Positions 16,483 to 29,086 are shown, counted from the stretch's first letter. The stretch is DNA of 64,000 nt from Kofleriaceae bacterium (GCA_048500355.1 JASNYD010000006.1:480211-544210); one strand, 5' to 3'. Numbers and translations are program-made. The notes: generated by a model not told the origin, from the sequence alone.

Positions 16483-17238
16483 TCAGGCGAGCGCGGCGTG
16501 GAGCAGGAGCGCGCCGGTGACCAGGAGCAGGCCGGCGACCGCGCCGCGGAAGGCGCGCTCGCTCACCCGGGCGTGGACCCGATCGCCCAGGAGCATGCCG
16601 ACCGCCATGGCCGGGACGAGCGTGAGCGAGGTGGTGAGCGAGTCGGCGTGGAGGTGGCCCCGCACGGCGAGCCGCGACAGCACGATGACGTTGAGGACCA
16701 GCCACATGACGGCCAGGGTGGCGCGCAGGGCCGCCTTGCTGGTCAGGTTGCGCGCGATCACGGCGACCGCGAGCGGGCCGCCGGTGGCGAAGAGGCCGTG
16801 GACCACGCCGGCGCCGAGGAGCAGGCCGCGCTGCGCCGCCGGCGGCAGGCTGGTCGGCGCGGCGGCCGCGCCCCGCGCGCGCACATGCGCGCCGAGCTCG
16901 AGGAGCGCGACCACGATCACCAGGCCGGCGAACAGCGCCCGCGCCCGCTCGGCGTCGACCACCCACGCCAGGGCGGTGCCGGCCGCGAGGCCGGCGAGGA
17001 TCATGGGCAGGATCGCGACGCCGAGCGCGCGCCAGGCGATGGCGCGGCGGCCGCGCAGGGCGAGGGCGACCGACAGCCCGAGGTTGAGCGGCAGGAACCA
17101 GGCGAGCAGCGCCTCGATGCCGAACCAGCGGGCGCCCAGCGAGAGGGCGAGCACGGTGCCGCCGAAGCCCGCGACGGCCTCGACGAAGGCGCCGGCGCCG
17201 AGGACGAGGGAGAGGAGGAGGAGGTCGTCGGTGGACAT
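16483..17238 (-). CDS. TauE/SafE (DUF81) family sulfite/anion exporter membrane protein
   Basis: 251 aa, all hydrophobic helices with Gly-rich motifs ([10 protein letters not shown] ... [11 protein letters not shown]) typical of TauE/SafE 4+4 TM proteins. Confidence 0.8.
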   Translation of the reverse strand: MSTDDLLLLSLVLGAGAFVEAVAGFGGTVLALSLGARWFGIEALLAWFLPLNLGLSVALALRGRRAIAWRALGVAILPMILAGLAAGTALAWVVDAERARALFAGLVIVVALLELGAHVRARGAAAAPTSLPPAAQRGLLLGAGVVHGLFATGGPLAVAVIARNLTSKAALRATLAVMWLVLNVIVLSRLAVRGHLHADSLTTSLTLVPAMAVGMLLGDRVHARVSERAFRGAVAGLLLVTGALLLHAALA

Positions 17239-17249
17239 CGCGGGGTGTG

Positions 17250-17610
17250 GGGCTCGGGTCCGGGTTCGGAGTCGGGTTCGGAGTCGGGCTCGGGTTCGGA
17301 GTCGGGCTCGGGTTCGGAGTCGGGCTCGGGTTCGGGTTCGGGTTCGGGTTCGGAGTCGGGCTCGGAGTCGGGTTCGGGTTCGGGTTCGGAGTCGGGCTCG
17401 GGTTCGGTTTCGGGTTCGGTTTCGGGCTCGGGTTCGGGTTCGGGCTCGGGTTCGGGTTCGGTTTCGGGCTCGGGGTCGGTTTCGGGCTCGGGTCTGAATG
17501 ACCCGCTCACCCTGAGCGAAGCCCCGAAGGGGCGGAGTCGAAGGGGCTCGGGTTCGGTTTCGGGCTCGGGTTCGGGTTCGGGTTCGGGCTCGGGGTCGGG
17601 AGGTGGGTTC
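17250..17610. repeat. Hexanucleotide tandem repeat (GGGTTC/GGGCTC/GGAGTC/GGTTTC)n, about 55 units, interrupted by a roughly 50 bp unique hairpin-containing spacer
   Basis: Directly visible: ggctcgggtccgggttcggagtcgggttcggagtcgggctcgggttcgg... runs from just after the TauE start to about 17610. The spacer at about 17495-17545 (tgaatgacccgctcaccctgagcgaagccccgaaggggcggagtcgaagg) has two short inverted repeats (cgctca-ccc-tgagcg and cccc-gaa-gggg). It sits between the kinase 3' end and the TauE 5' end. Confidence 0.9.
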
Positions 17611-17706
17611 GGGAGGCGGGGATGTTCCACCGTTCGCCCGGAGCGAGGCCTGGAGGGCCGATGTCGAAGGGCGGCGGGCGGCGTGTCGGGCCGATGCCGG
17701 ATCGGG

Positions 17707-19707
17707 TCAGGGCGCGTCGAGGGCCTCGACGTGCTTGAGGTCGCGGTCGGAGGGGACGTCGATCACCACGGTGCGGGTGACGCCGAGGCGCGGGTTGGAG
17801 AAGTGGATGCGGTGGCGGCCGGGCGTGAGCTCGAGGGTCTCCGGCGTCTGCCGCGGCGTGGGGTCGTCGTCGACCGTGAAGTCGGCCCACGGCGTCGCGC
17901 CGATCGTGACCCTCCGGGTGAGCGTCGCGGCCGCGTCGATCCCGGCGTCGAGCGGCGCGCTGCCGTCGGGCGGCGGGCGGCGCGGGCCGGCGTCGCCGCC
18001 CGGGACCACCGCCACCACGGTCGGGCTCGCGGCGTCGACCGTCACGCCCGGCGGCGGCTCGCCGGTCAGCCCGTCATCCGCGGTCGCGGCATCGGCCGGC
18101 GCCACCGCCGCGGCGTCGAGCGCGATCGCCAGCAGCCCGGCGTCGACGGTCGGCGTGGCGGCCCGCTCGCCGCGCCAGCTCCGCCACGTCACCACCACCA
18201 GCAGCGCCACGACGAGGAGCGCGAGCGCCGGGCCGAAGCGGCGGAGCGGCGCCGGCCCCGCGGACGGCGTCGCTGGCGACGACGACGGTGACGACGACGC
18301 GGACCGCGACCCGGACGCCGCGGACCACGACGCGGACGGCGCGGACGCCGCGGACCGCGACGCGGACGCCACGGACGCCACGGACGCCACGGACGCCGCC
18401 GACACCGACGCCGCCGCCGACACCGACGCCGACGCCGCCGGCCCCGCCGTCGGCGCCCCCGCGGGCAACGCCACCTCCGCCCCGGCCGCGCCGGGACGCG
18501 CCGCGCGGGCCGCCGCCGAGGGCAGCGCGCTCGCGCCCGGCGCCGCCACCACCGACGTCCGCGGCTGGGCCGCCGCCGCCGCCTGCGCCCGCGCCGCCAG
18601 CGTCGCCTGCGCCGCGCGCGCCGCCTCCTGCGCCGCCGCGTCCTCGGCCGCCACGATGGCGTCGAGCTCGGGCGCGGTCAGCGCCATCGACTTCATCGTC
18701 GCCGGATCGAGCTCGGCGTCGCCGCCGGCGCCGGCGCTCGCGCCCACGCCGGCGCCGCCGCCTCCGCCGACCGCGAGCGGCTCGCCCTCGACCTTGCCCG
18801 CGTCCTCGCCCCACACCTCGGCGAGCCAGTCGGCGAGCTGACGCGCCGGCGCCGGCCCCGGATCGGCGGCGCGCGCCTCGACCAGGTAGCGATCGAGGGC
18901 CTCCAGCAGGTGCCGCGCGTCGGCGAAGCGCTCCGCCGGATCGCGCCGGGTCGCCCGCTCGATGACCTCGACCAGCGCCGGCGGCGCCTCGGGCAGCGGC
19001 GGCAGGACGCCGGCCCGCGTCGCCTCGAGCAGCTCGCCCTTGCTGCGGAAGCGCCGCACCCGCTGGCCGGCGACCATCTCCCACAGCACCAGGCCGAGCG
19101 CGTACAGGTCGGCGCGGGCGTCGGTGGGCTCGTAGCGCGCCTGCTCGGGCGCCATGTAGGCGACCGTCCCGCGCACGTCGCCGCCGGGATCGCCGGCCAG
19201 CGCGGCCACGCCGAAGTCGGTGAGCTTGACCTCCCCCGACCACGACAGGAGCACGTTGCGCGGCGTCACGTCGCGGTGGACCACCCCCAGCGGCGTGCCG
19301 TCGGGCGCGCAGCGGCGGTGGGCGTGATCGAGGGCCTGGCAGCACTCGGCGGCGACGAACGCGGCCAGGAGCGGCGACAGCGGCGCGCTGGCGCGGCGCA
19401 GGGTCTCGCCCAGGTCGCGACCCTCGACGTGCTCCATCGCCAGGAACGCGGCGTCGCCGACCCGGCCGAAGTCGAACACCGGCACGATGTTCTGGTGGTT
19501 GAGCGTCATCGACAGCCGCGCCTCGCGCACGAACAGCTCGAGGAACGTGGTGTCGCCGGCGCGCTCCGGCCGCACCCGCTTGATGACCAGCCGCTTCTCG
19601 AGGCCGGCCACCACCCGCCGCGCCAGGTAGATGTCGGCCATGCCGCCGCGCCCGAGCAGTCGGAGCAGCTCGTAGCGTCCGAGCACGGTCGCGGACATCC
19701 CCCGCAC
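17707..19707 (-). CDS. Ser/Thr protein kinase (Hanks-type) with Ala/Ser-rich linker, one TM helix and an extracytoplasmic C-terminal domain
   Basis: [11 protein letters not shown] (G-loop), VIKRV (Lys), [13 protein letters not shown] (catalytic loop), KLTDFG (DFG), AYMAPE (APE). The low-complexity linker is [22 protein letters not shown] segment [15 protein letters not shown] is followed by about 180 aa. Confidence 0.85.
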   Translation of the reverse strand: MRGMSATVLGRYELLRLLGRGGMADIYLARRVVAGLEKRLVIKRVRPERAGDTTFLELFVREARLSMTLNHQNIVPVFDFGRVGDAAFLAMEHVEGRDLGETLRRASAPLSPLLAAFVAAECCQALDHAHRRCAPDGTPLGVVHRDVTPRNVLLSWSGEVKLTDFGVAALAGDPGGDVRGTVAYMAPEQARYEPTDARADLYALGLVLWEMVAGQRVRRFRSKGELLEATRAGVLPPLPEAPPALVEVIERATRRDPAERFADARHLLEALDRYLVEARAADPGPAPARQLADWLAEVWGEDAGKVEGEPLAVGGGGGAGVGASAGAGGDAELDPATMKSMALTAPELDAIVAAEDAAAQEAARAAQATLAARAQAAAAAQPRTSVVAAPGASALPSAAARAARPGAAGAEVALPAGAPTAGPAASASVSAAASVSAASVASVASVASASRSAASAPSASWSAASGSRSASSSPSSSPATPSAGPAPLRRFGPALALLVVALLVVVTWRSWRGERAATPTVDAGLLAIALDAAAVAPADAATADDGLTGEPPPGVTVDAASPTVVAVVPGGDAGPRRPPPDGSAPLDAGIDAAATLTRRVTIGATPWADFTVDDDPTPRQTPETLELTPGRHRIHFSNPRLGVTRTVVIDVPSDRDLKHVEALDAP

Positions 19708-19745
19708 TATAGCGCGCCCGGTTGACCGCCTCGCGGGCCCGGCCG

Positions 19746-20816
19746 ATGATGAGGCGAGTGCGCGCCCTCGTCCTGGCCGCGGCCGGCCTCGTCGTCGCCG
19801 CCGTCGCCCCGCCCGGGGTGGCGCGGGCCGCGCCGGCCGCCGACCTCATCCTGTACTGGGCGCCGCCCGACGCGCCGGCGGTCGTGCGCACCCGCACCCG
19901 CGACGCCGCCGAGGCCAGCGGCGCCGCCTTCGTCGATCGCTCGCCGCCGCCGCCGCGCCCGGCCGACCCCACGCGCATCGCCGCCGCGATCACCGCCTAC
20001 GACCAGCTCCGCTTCGACGAGGCGGTCGAGCTGCTCGATCAGGTCGCCGCCGAGCTCGACCGCACCGGCGCCGCCGGCCTCGACGTCGCCCGCCTCGCCG
20101 AGCTCTTCCTCTACCGCGGCCTGGCCCGCATCCAGCTCGGCCAGCCCGAACGGGCGTGGGACGATCTCCTGGTCGCCGCCCGCATCGATCCGACCCGCGT
20201 GCTCGACCCGGTGCGCTTCCCGCCCCGCGCCATCGAGCAGCTCGAGCGCGCCCGCGCCGAGGTCGCCGCCGCCCCCCGCGGCGTCCTCCGCGTCACCGGC
20301 CCCGCCGGCTGCGTGATCTCGATCGACGGCGCCATCAGCGGCGACGGCCGCGCCGAGCTGCCGCACGGCGCCCACTGGATCGACGCCGCCTGCCCCGAGC
20401 ACGCGCCGTGGGGCCGCCGCGTCGTCGTCGATCGCACCGCGGTCGAGGTCGTGGTCGTGCCCACGCCGCTCGTCCCGCCCGACGACGACGCGGCGCTGGT
20501 CCAGGCCCGCGCCCTGGGCGCCGCCAGCGTGGTCGAGGTCGTCGTCCTCGGCGGCGCCGCCCGCGTCCGCCACCGCCGCGCCGACGGCCGCGAGCTGGCG
20601 CGAGCGCTGGTCACCGTCGACGGCGAGGTGGTGGCCGCCACCGTCGACCGCCTGCTGCGCCCGCCGCCGATCCGGCGCGCCCCGTGGTACCGCTCGCGCT
20701 GGGCGTGGGCCGCCGGCGGCGCCGCGGTGGCGGCGGCGGTGCTGGTGCCGATCGCGCTGCGCGACACCGGGCCCGGCGATCGCGTCATCCGCCCCACGGG
20801 GTGGCCGCGGTGGTGA
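19746..20816 (+). CDS. Secreted hypothetical protein with a PEGA-like domain and a C-terminal TM helix
   Basis: Signal peptide MMRRVRALVLAAAGLVVAAVAPPGVARA. VLRVTGPAGCVISIDGAISGDGRAELPHGAHWIDAACPEH resembles PEGA. C-terminal helix WAWAAGGAAVAAAVLVPIAL. It is divergent from the kinase. The exact start (19722/19746/19749) is uncertain. Confidence 0.5.
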   Translation: MMRRVRALVLAAAGLVVAAVAPPGVARAAPAADLILYWAPPDAPAVVRTRTRDAAEASGAAFVDRSPPPPRPADPTRIAAAITAYDQLRFDEAVELLDQVAAELDRTGAAGLDVARLAELFLYRGLARIQLGQPERAWDDLLVAARIDPTRVLDPVRFPPRAIEQLERARAEVAAAPRGVLRVTGPAGCVISIDGAISGDGRAELPHGAHWIDAACPEHAPWGRRVVVDRTAVEVVVVPTPLVPPDDDAALVQARALGAASVVEVVVLGGAARVRHRRADGRELARALVTVDGEVVAATVDRLLRPPPIRRAPWYRSRWAWAAGGAAVAAAVLVPIALRDTGPGDRVIRPTGWPRW

Positions 20817-22275
20817 GGGCGACGCCTCCCCCGGCCCGGCGCCGCGCCGGCGCGGTCGCGGGCCTCGCCGTGGCCGCCGGCGGCGGCCTCGCCCTCGCCG
20901 CGTGCGGCCCCGACGACGTGGTCGTGGCGCCGGTCATCGACGGCCCGGCCGCGGGCAGCGACGCCGCGGCCTTCCCCGACCTCGACGAGCTGGTGATCAC
21001 CCTCGCCCGCGCCGGCTCGACCGCCGATCTGCTGTCGGCCACCTTCACCCGCGGCCAGACCGTCGAGCTGCGCGGCGCGCCCGAGGGCGACGAGCTGGTC
21101 GTCCACCTCACCGGCCGCCTCGGCGGCCAGGAGGTGGCCTACGGCCGCACCTGCGCCTTCGCCCTGCGCGCCGGCGAGCCGCCGCCGGCGCCGCACCTGT
21201 GGTTCGCGCGCACGGTCAAGTGGGGCGAGCTCGACGCCTCGCCGGCGCCGGTCCGCCGCGACGGCCGCGCCGTCGCCTACCGCGACGGCAGCGCCCTGTT
21301 CGTCGGCGGCCACGACGCCGCCGGCGAGCCGGTGACCGCGGTCGAGCGCTTCGATCCGCGCGCCGGCGCGCTCACCACCGTCGCCGACCTGGCGCCGCGG
21401 CGGGCGCCGGTGGTGGCGAGCCTCGGCGACGGCCGCCTGCTCGTGGCCGGCGGGATCGACGGCGCCAGCGACACCGCGTCCGATCGCCTGGAGGTGCTGG
21501 AGCTCGACGTCACCGGCGCCGGCCGCGTCGACACCTTCGTCGACCAGCGTCTGGCCCGCGCCGGCGCCACCGCCGTCACCCTGACCGACGGCCGGGTCGT
21601 GATCTTCGGCGGCGGCGCCGTCACCGGGCCGCCGCTGGCGGCGCCGGTCGAGATCGCCGCCGACGGCGCGACCGTCGCCGTGCGCGACCTGCGCGCGGCC
21701 ATGGCCGTCCCCCGCCGCGGCGCGACCGCCACCCGGCTCTCCGACGACCTCGGCGCCCCGGTCCTCGTCTCCGGCGGCGTCGACCTCGACGGCCAGCCCG
21801 TGGCCCTGGCCGAGCTGTGGCGGCCGCTGCGCGAGGACTTCGCCGACCCGCAGGCGTTCGCGCCGGCGATGCGCGTGCCGCGCCACCGCCACGCCGCGCC
21901 CCGCATGCCCGACGGCAGCGTGCTGGTGATCGGCGGCCTCGACGCCGCCGGCCAGCCGGTGCGCGCCCTCGAGCTGTTCACCCTCGACGGCGGCTTCGTC
22001 GACGCTGGCCTGCTGCCGCCCGGAGCCGGCGTCGTCGACGCCACGGTCACCGCCCTGCCCGACGGCCGCATCCTGGTCGCCGGCGGACGCGAGACCGCGG
22101 ACGGCGAGCCGGTGCAGGGCGGCTTCATCGTCAACCTCGACCCCCTCGACGGCTCGGTCGACGCCATCAGCACCGACCGCCTCGAGCGCGTCCGCGCCGG
22201 CCACGCCGCCACCGCCCTGTGCGACGGCACGATCGTCGTGCTCGGCGGCACCGAGCTGGCCAGCCCGGTCGAGCG

Positions 22276-24165
<1,890 letters not shown>

Positions 24166-24317
24166 CGACGCCAGACGCCGCGAGCCGGGAGTGTGGCCGC
24201 CCTGGCCGGGTGTACGAGCGCTGCACAGCCCTGGGGGCAGGGTCCCTCGCCGGCACGACCGAACCCCGCGACGCGACAGGGCGGGCCGGTGGTACCGTGG
24301 TTGCAGTGCTCCGCGTC

Positions 24318-24995
24318 GTGACCGTCCGGTTCGGGATCGCCGCCCTCGCCTTCGCCGCCCTCGCCGGCTGCCCGGTGGGCCACGGCGACGACGACGTCAC
24401 CGAGGACGCCGGCGCCGACGGCGACGCCGACACCGGGGCCGGGGTGCGGGTGACCTGGGCGGTCCGGCCGGAGGTGCCCGGGCCGGCCTCGGCCGCCGTG
24501 ACCGTGAGCGAGCTGCGCCTGCAGTGCAGCTCGCTGCGCCTCATCGGCGACGTCGCGCCGCCGGGCGACCCGCGCACCACGCGCGGCGCGATCGACCTGC
24601 GCTGGCGCCGCGACCAGGCGCCGATCCCGGTGGCGATGGCGAGCGCGCCGCCCGGGCTCTACTCGCGCCTCGAGCTGGGCGTCGGCGGCGCCGACGAGCA
24701 CCTGACGATCAAGGGCGAGGCCACGGTCGGCGGCGTCACCCGGCCGTTCGAGATCGAGGACGAGCGGCGGCACGGCGTGACCCTGGCCCTGGCGCTGACG
24801 CTGGCGCCCGGACGGAGCGCGACGATCCCGGTCACGATCGACGTCGGCGTCGTCCTCGCCGCGGTGCCCTTCGCCGACCTCGACGTCGACGACGGCACCC
24901 TGGTCTTCGACGACGACGACCCCCGCCTCGACGCGGTGTGGGCGGCGCTGGACCTCGCGATCACCGTGCCGCCGGTCGCCGGCGCCGCGCCCTGA
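24318..24995 (+). CDS. Hypothetical lipoprotein
   Basis: I prefer a GTG start giving (M)TVRFGIAALAFAALAGCPVGHGDD (lipobox LAGC). The ATG at 24210 would add a 36-aa non-signal extension. Acidic N-terminal region, no recognisable domain. Confidence 0.45.
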   Translation: MTVRFGIAALAFAALAGCPVGHGDDDVTEDAGADGDADTGAGVRVTWAVRPEVPGPASAAVTVSELRLQCSSLRLIGDVAPPGDPRTTRGAIDLRWRRDQAPIPVAMASAPPGLYSRLELGVGGADEHLTIKGEATVGGVTRPFEIEDERRHGVTLALALTLAPGRSATIPVTIDVGVVLAAVPFADLDVDDGTLVFDDDDPRLDAVWAALDLAITVPPVAGAAP

Positions 24996-25001
24996 TCCGG
25001 C

Positions 25002-26735
25002 CTACGCCGCGCCCACCGGCCCGGCCTGGGGCCCGCGCACCAGCTTGCCGGGGAGCGCGCCGGTCGGCTCGCCGCCCTCGACGATGGCCACGCCCCGGCA
25101 CAGGGTCAGGTCGTAGCCGCGCGCCCGCTGCACCAGGCGCCGCCCGCCCGCCGGCAGGTCGTAGGCGACCTCGGGATCGGCGAAGGCGAGGTGGTCGTAG
25201 TCGATGACGTTGACGTCGGCGCGGTAGCCGGGCGCGAGCACGCCGCGGTCGCGCAGGCCGTAGAACCAGGCCGTGTCGCGGGTCTGGCGCTGGACCACCA
25301 GCGGCAGCGGCAGGCGGTCGCCGCGGCGGCGATCGCGGGTCCAGTGGGTGAGCATGAACGTCGGCATGCCGCCATCGCAGATCGCGCCGCAGTGGGCGCC
25401 GGCGTCGGACAGGCCCATCTTGATCCGCGGGTGCAGGTGCAGCTCGCGGGTCATCGACAGGTCGCCGTAGGCGTAGTTGAACAGCGGGAAGTACATGAGC
25501 GCCTTGCCGTCGCGCGCGCACAGCGCGTCGTAGGCGACCTCGAGCGGCGGTTTGCCCAGGCGCTTCGCCCGCGCCGCCACGCTGTCGTCGGCGGTCGGCT
25601 CGTAGTCGATGGCGTCGCCCTGGGGGTACATCTTGGAGAACGCGCGCATGATGAAGTTGCCGAACGGCCCGGCGTCGCCGGGGGCCTCGGCCAGGATGCG
25701 GGCCCGGACCTCGGGGCGGCGCAGCGCGGCCAGGAGCTCGGCGCGCGGGCCGCGCGCCAGCTCGACGAACGTGGGGTGGGTGGCGAACGGGTGCGCGGTC
25801 AGCTCCCAGCCCATCAGCACGCCGATCGAGCGGCCGGCGGCCTGGGCCCAGACGTCGAGGCCGTCCGCGGCGCAGGCGTCGAGCTGGCGCAGGCACTCGC
25901 GCCACAGCTCGGGCGCCCAGTCGGTCTGGTTGAGGTTGAAGACGACGCGCACGCCGAGGGCGGCCAGCTCGCGCATGTAGCCGAAGGCCTTGGGGGCGTC
26001 GGTGTGCTCGATGACGTTCTGGAAGACGCCGTGGCCGGCGCGGCGCATGGCGCGGCCGATCTCCATGAGCTCGGCGACCGCGGCGTGGGTGCCCGGCACC
26101 AGCTCGCCGTCGATGGTCTTGTGCAGCGACGTGCGCGAGGTCGAGAAGCCGAGGGCGCCGGCGCGCAGGCCGTCCTCGACGATGCGGGCCATGGCCGCGA
26201 CCTCCTCGGGCGAGGCGTCGACCTCGTTGCCGCGCTCGCCCATGACGTAGGCGCGCACCGGGCAGTGCGGGACCTGGGTGCCGACGTCGAGGACGCGGGG
26301 CTGGGCGTCGAGCACGTCGAGGAACTCGGGGAAGCTCTCCCAGCCCCAGCGGATGCCCTCGTGCATCGCCGAGCCGGGGATGTCCTCGACGCCCTCCATG
26401 AGGCCGATCAGGTAGTCGTGCTTGTCGGGGGCGGCCGGGGCGAAGCCGACCCCGCAGTTGCCCATGATGACGGTGGTGCAGCCGTGCCACCCCGACGGCG
26501 TCAGGTACGGATCCCACGACGCCTGGGCGTCGTAGTGGGTGTGCATGTCGACGAAGCCCGGGGTCACGATCTTGCCGCGGGCGTCGACCTCGCGGCGGCC
26601 GGGGCCGATCGCGTCGGCGCCGCCGGGCGCCGCCACCGCGACGATGCGCTCACCGTCGATCGCCACGTCGGCCTCGCGGCCAGGGGCGCCGGTGCCGTCG
26701 AAGACCAGGCCATTGCGGATGACGACGTCGTGCAT
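25002..26735 (-). CDS. D-aminoacylase / N-acyl-D-amino-acid deacylase family amidohydrolase
   Basis: Start at the internal ATG MHDVVIRNGLVFDG. PGFVDMHTHYD (metal-binding HxH) and the overall ...AIDGERIVAV..., ...GKIVTPGFVD... layout are typical of D-aminoacylase-type amidohydrolases. Confidence 0.85.
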   Translation of the reverse strand: MHDVVIRNGLVFDGTGAPGREADVAIDGERIVAVAAPGGADAIGPGRREVDARGKIVTPGFVDMHTHYDAQASWDPYLTPSGWHGCTTVIMGNCGVGFAPAAPDKHDYLIGLMEGVEDIPGSAMHEGIRWGWESFPEFLDVLDAQPRVLDVGTQVPHCPVRAYVMGERGNEVDASPEEVAAMARIVEDGLRAGALGFSTSRTSLHKTIDGELVPGTHAAVAELMEIGRAMRRAGHGVFQNVIEHTDAPKAFGYMRELAALGVRVVFNLNQTDWAPELWRECLRQLDACAADGLDVWAQAAGRSIGVLMGWELTAHPFATHPTFVELARGPRAELLAALRRPEVRARILAEAPGDAGPFGNFIMRAFSKMYPQGDAIDYEPTADDSVAARAKRLGKPPLEVAYDALCARDGKALMYFPLFNYAYGDLSMTRELHLHPRIKMGLSDAGAHCGAICDGGMPTFMLTHWTRDRRRGDRLPLPLVVQRQTRDTAWFYGLRDRGVLAPGYRADVNVIDYDHLAFADPEVAYDLPAGGRRLVQRARGYDLTLCRGVAIVEGGEPTGALPGKLVRGPQAGPVGAA

Positions 26736-26854
26736 CCGCCCATGGTGCGCGAGCCGGCCGCCCCCGTGCAAGCCCGCCGTGCCCCGCCGGGGTCCGCCGC
26801 CGCCGTCGTCCCCGCCCCGCGCGCGCGGCGCGACGGCGGTGGTAGGGTCGCGCG

Positions 26855-28963
26855 GTGGCACGACGTCACGCCCACCGCGCCGGCGACTGGTCGTCGGTGG
26901 CGGTGCGCCTCGACGAGATCATCAGCGCCCACGGCGGCGCCGATCCGTTCGAGGAGGCGCTCACGCTCCTGGTCGCGCGGCTCGCCCACGAGGCCAGCGG
27001 CGGACCGCCGGCCGGGTTCGTCGGCGGCGCCGCCGGCGCGCCGGCGCGGGTGAACGAGCTGGTCGCGGCGGCGGCGGCGCGGTGGCCGGGCGTCGTCGAG
27101 CCCGGCCGCACCACCGGCCTCGGCGGCGCGGCGCTGGCGCGGTGCGCCGCCGTGCTCGACGGCGTGGCGCTGCTCGGCGACGAGCTGGTCGGCCTCGACG
27201 CCGTCTTCGAGCACCTGGTGGCCCACGTCGCCAAGGGCCAGAAGGGGCAGTTCTTCACGCCCCGCCACGTCATCGCCGAGGTGGTCGCGATGCTGGCGCC
27301 GCGGCCGGGCGAGCACGTCGTCGATCCGGCCTGCGGCTCGGGCGGCTTCCTGTGGCACGCCCTGGCGGCCGCGCCCGGCTGCGTGGCGTGGGGGTTCGAC
27401 GTCGATCCGCGCGCGGTGCGGGTGGCGCGAGTCATGCTCGCCGCCCACGGCGCGCCGGTCGGGCGGGTGGCCTGCGTCGACAGCCTGCGCCGGCCGGCGC
27501 TCGAGGACCACGCCCGCGGCCATGGCGCGCCCCGCGGCTTCGACGTCGTCCTGACCAACCCGCCGTTCGCCGGCGACGTCGGCCGCGCCTTCGACGGCGC
27601 CTACGAGCTGGCGCGCGGGCGGGTCGAGCGCGACGTGCTGTTCGTCGAGCGCGTGGTCGAGCTACTGCGCCCGGGCGGGCGCTACGCCATCGTCCTGCCC
27701 CACAACAAGGTCGGCGGCGCGACCTGGAGCCACGTCCGGCGCTGGCTCCTGGCGCGGACCGAGGTGGTGGCGGTGCTCGGGCTCGGCCGCCCCACCTTCC
27801 TGCCCCACACCAGCCAGAAGGCGTGCGTCGTGATCGGCCGGCGGCGCGCCCGCGCCCTGGCGGCGCCGCCCGCTGGCGAGCGGGTGCTGTTCTTCGTCAG
27901 CGAGCGCGCCGGCAAGGACGCCCGCGGCCGGCTGGTGCGCGACGCGAGCGGCGCGATCGATCACGACCTGGGCGCGGCCGGCCCGGCGGTGCGGGCCCGG
28001 CTCGCGGCGGCGGCGGCGCGGGCGGCGACGGCGACGGCGGCGCGGGCGCGGGCGACGGCGACGCGGGCGCGGGCGGCGACGGCGGCGCGGTGGCCGGGCG
28101 GCGCGCGCCCGCGGCCCGCGCGACGACCGCGCCCCCCGGGCGCCGCCGCCGGCCGCGTGATCACGCGGCGGGTCGGCGAGCTCGGCCCCGCGCTGGTGCT
28201 GGCCCCCGAGCGCTTCGACCCGCGGCGCGCGGTGACCGTGGCCGGCGCCCGCCGCCTCGGCGAGCTGGTGGAGGTGGTGAGCGACACCGTCGACGCCCGC
28301 GCCCTGCCGGCGGACGCGCCGGTGCTGGTGCTCGACACCGGGCACGCCTGGGAGGGCCTGGTGCTGGCTCGCCACGCCCCGGTGACGGCGCGCGACCTGG
28401 GCAGCGCCAAGCGGCGCCTGGCGCCGGGCGACGTCATCATCTCGCGCCTGCGGCCGTACCTGCGGCAGGTCGCGCTCGTCGACGACGACCTGTTCGCGCG
28501 GGCGCCGGGCGGCAACCTGGTGGTGGCCTCGACCGAGTTCTACGTGCTGCGGCGGCGAGGCGGCGGCAGCGGCGCGGGCGCCGACCGCACGACCGGCGGG
28601 ACCGGCGGCAGCCGCGAGGCGGGCGGTGCCGGCGGTGCCGGCGCGGATCGCGGTCGGCGCGCGCCCGCCGCCCTCGACCCGGCGGGCCTGGTGCCGTACC
28701 TGCTGTCGGCGCCGGTGCAGGCCGCGCTCGCCGCCGGCCAGGAGGGCGGACACCACCCCCGCTTCGAGCGCGCCCAGCTCGAGGACCTGCCGGTGTCCGA
28801 CGCCCTGGTGCGCCGCGCGGCGGCGATGGCGCGCGCGGTCCGCGACCAGGCCGCGAGCTTCGGCGCCGCCGTGGCCGGCGGCCGCGCGCTGATCGCCACC
28901 GTCGAGCGCGAGCTGGCGCCACCACCGCGGCGACGCCCCACGCCGCGCCGCTCGACCCGGTAA
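26855..28963 (+). CDS. Solitary N6-adenine DNA methyltransferase, HsdM-like catalytic domain fused to an HsdS-like target-recognition domain (M+S fusion)
   Basis: GQFFTPRHV (HsdM N-terminal motif), VVDPACGSGGFL (SAM motif I), VLTNPPFA (motif IV NPPF). The C-terminal ...ISRLRPYLRQVALVDDDL...STEFYVLRRR resembles type I S-subunit TRDs. The linker is low-complexity AAAARAATATAARARATATRARAATAAR. No HsdR or endonuclease gene is adjacent. The start could also be the GTG at 26897/26903. Confidence 0.8.
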   Translation: MARRHAHRAGDWSSVAVRLDEIISAHGGADPFEEALTLLVARLAHEASGGPPAGFVGGAAGAPARVNELVAAAAARWPGVVEPGRTTGLGGAALARCAAVLDGVALLGDELVGLDAVFEHLVAHVAKGQKGQFFTPRHVIAEVVAMLAPRPGEHVVDPACGSGGFLWHALAAAPGCVAWGFDVDPRAVRVARVMLAAHGAPVGRVACVDSLRRPALEDHARGHGAPRGFDVVLTNPPFAGDVGRAFDGAYELARGRVERDVLFVERVVELLRPGGRYAIVLPHNKVGGATWSHVRRWLLARTEVVAVLGLGRPTFLPHTSQKACVVIGRRRARALAAPPAGERVLFFVSERAGKDARGRLVRDASGAIDHDLGAAGPAVRARLAAAAARAATATAARARATATRARAATAARWPGGARPRPARRPRPPGAAAGRVITRRVGELGPALVLAPERFDPRRAVTVAGARRLGELVEVVSDTVDARALPADAPVLVLDTGHAWEGLVLARHAPVTARDLGSAKRRLAPGDVIISRLRPYLRQVALVDDDLFARAPGGNLVVASTEFYVLRRRGGGSGAGADRTTGGTGGSREAGGAGGAGADRGRRAPAALDPAGLVPYLLSAPVQAALAAGQEGGHHPRFERAQLEDLPVSDALVRRAAAMARAVRDQAASFGAAVAGGRALIATVERELAPPPRRRPTPRRSTR

Positions 28964-29086
28964 CGGCTCGTTACCCGCGCGGGGTGCCGTGGTCACGGAC
29001 CGTTACCTGGACGCTGGCGCTCCGGCGCGAAGCCGGTGAGATCGCACGCGGCGACGACGGGCACGCACGCTGCAAACGTTGCGCGC

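Noticed and set aside
17250-17610. Possibility that the hexamer array is a CRISPR array
   Set aside because: Units are 6 bp with no spacers of 25-40 bp and no cas genes nearby. It is a simple tandem repeat.
15001-19993. ORFs 15001..18291(+) of 1096 aa, 15110..16966(-), 18074..19993(-) and 17001..17630(-) (the last a PE-repeat peptide)
   Set aside because: Off-frame or antisense to the thioredoxin, Coq4, TauE and kinase genes. The (PE)n and (GS)n translations are just the hexamer repeat read in frame, and the (PE)n ORF overlaps the TauE start, so I treat the array as non-coding.
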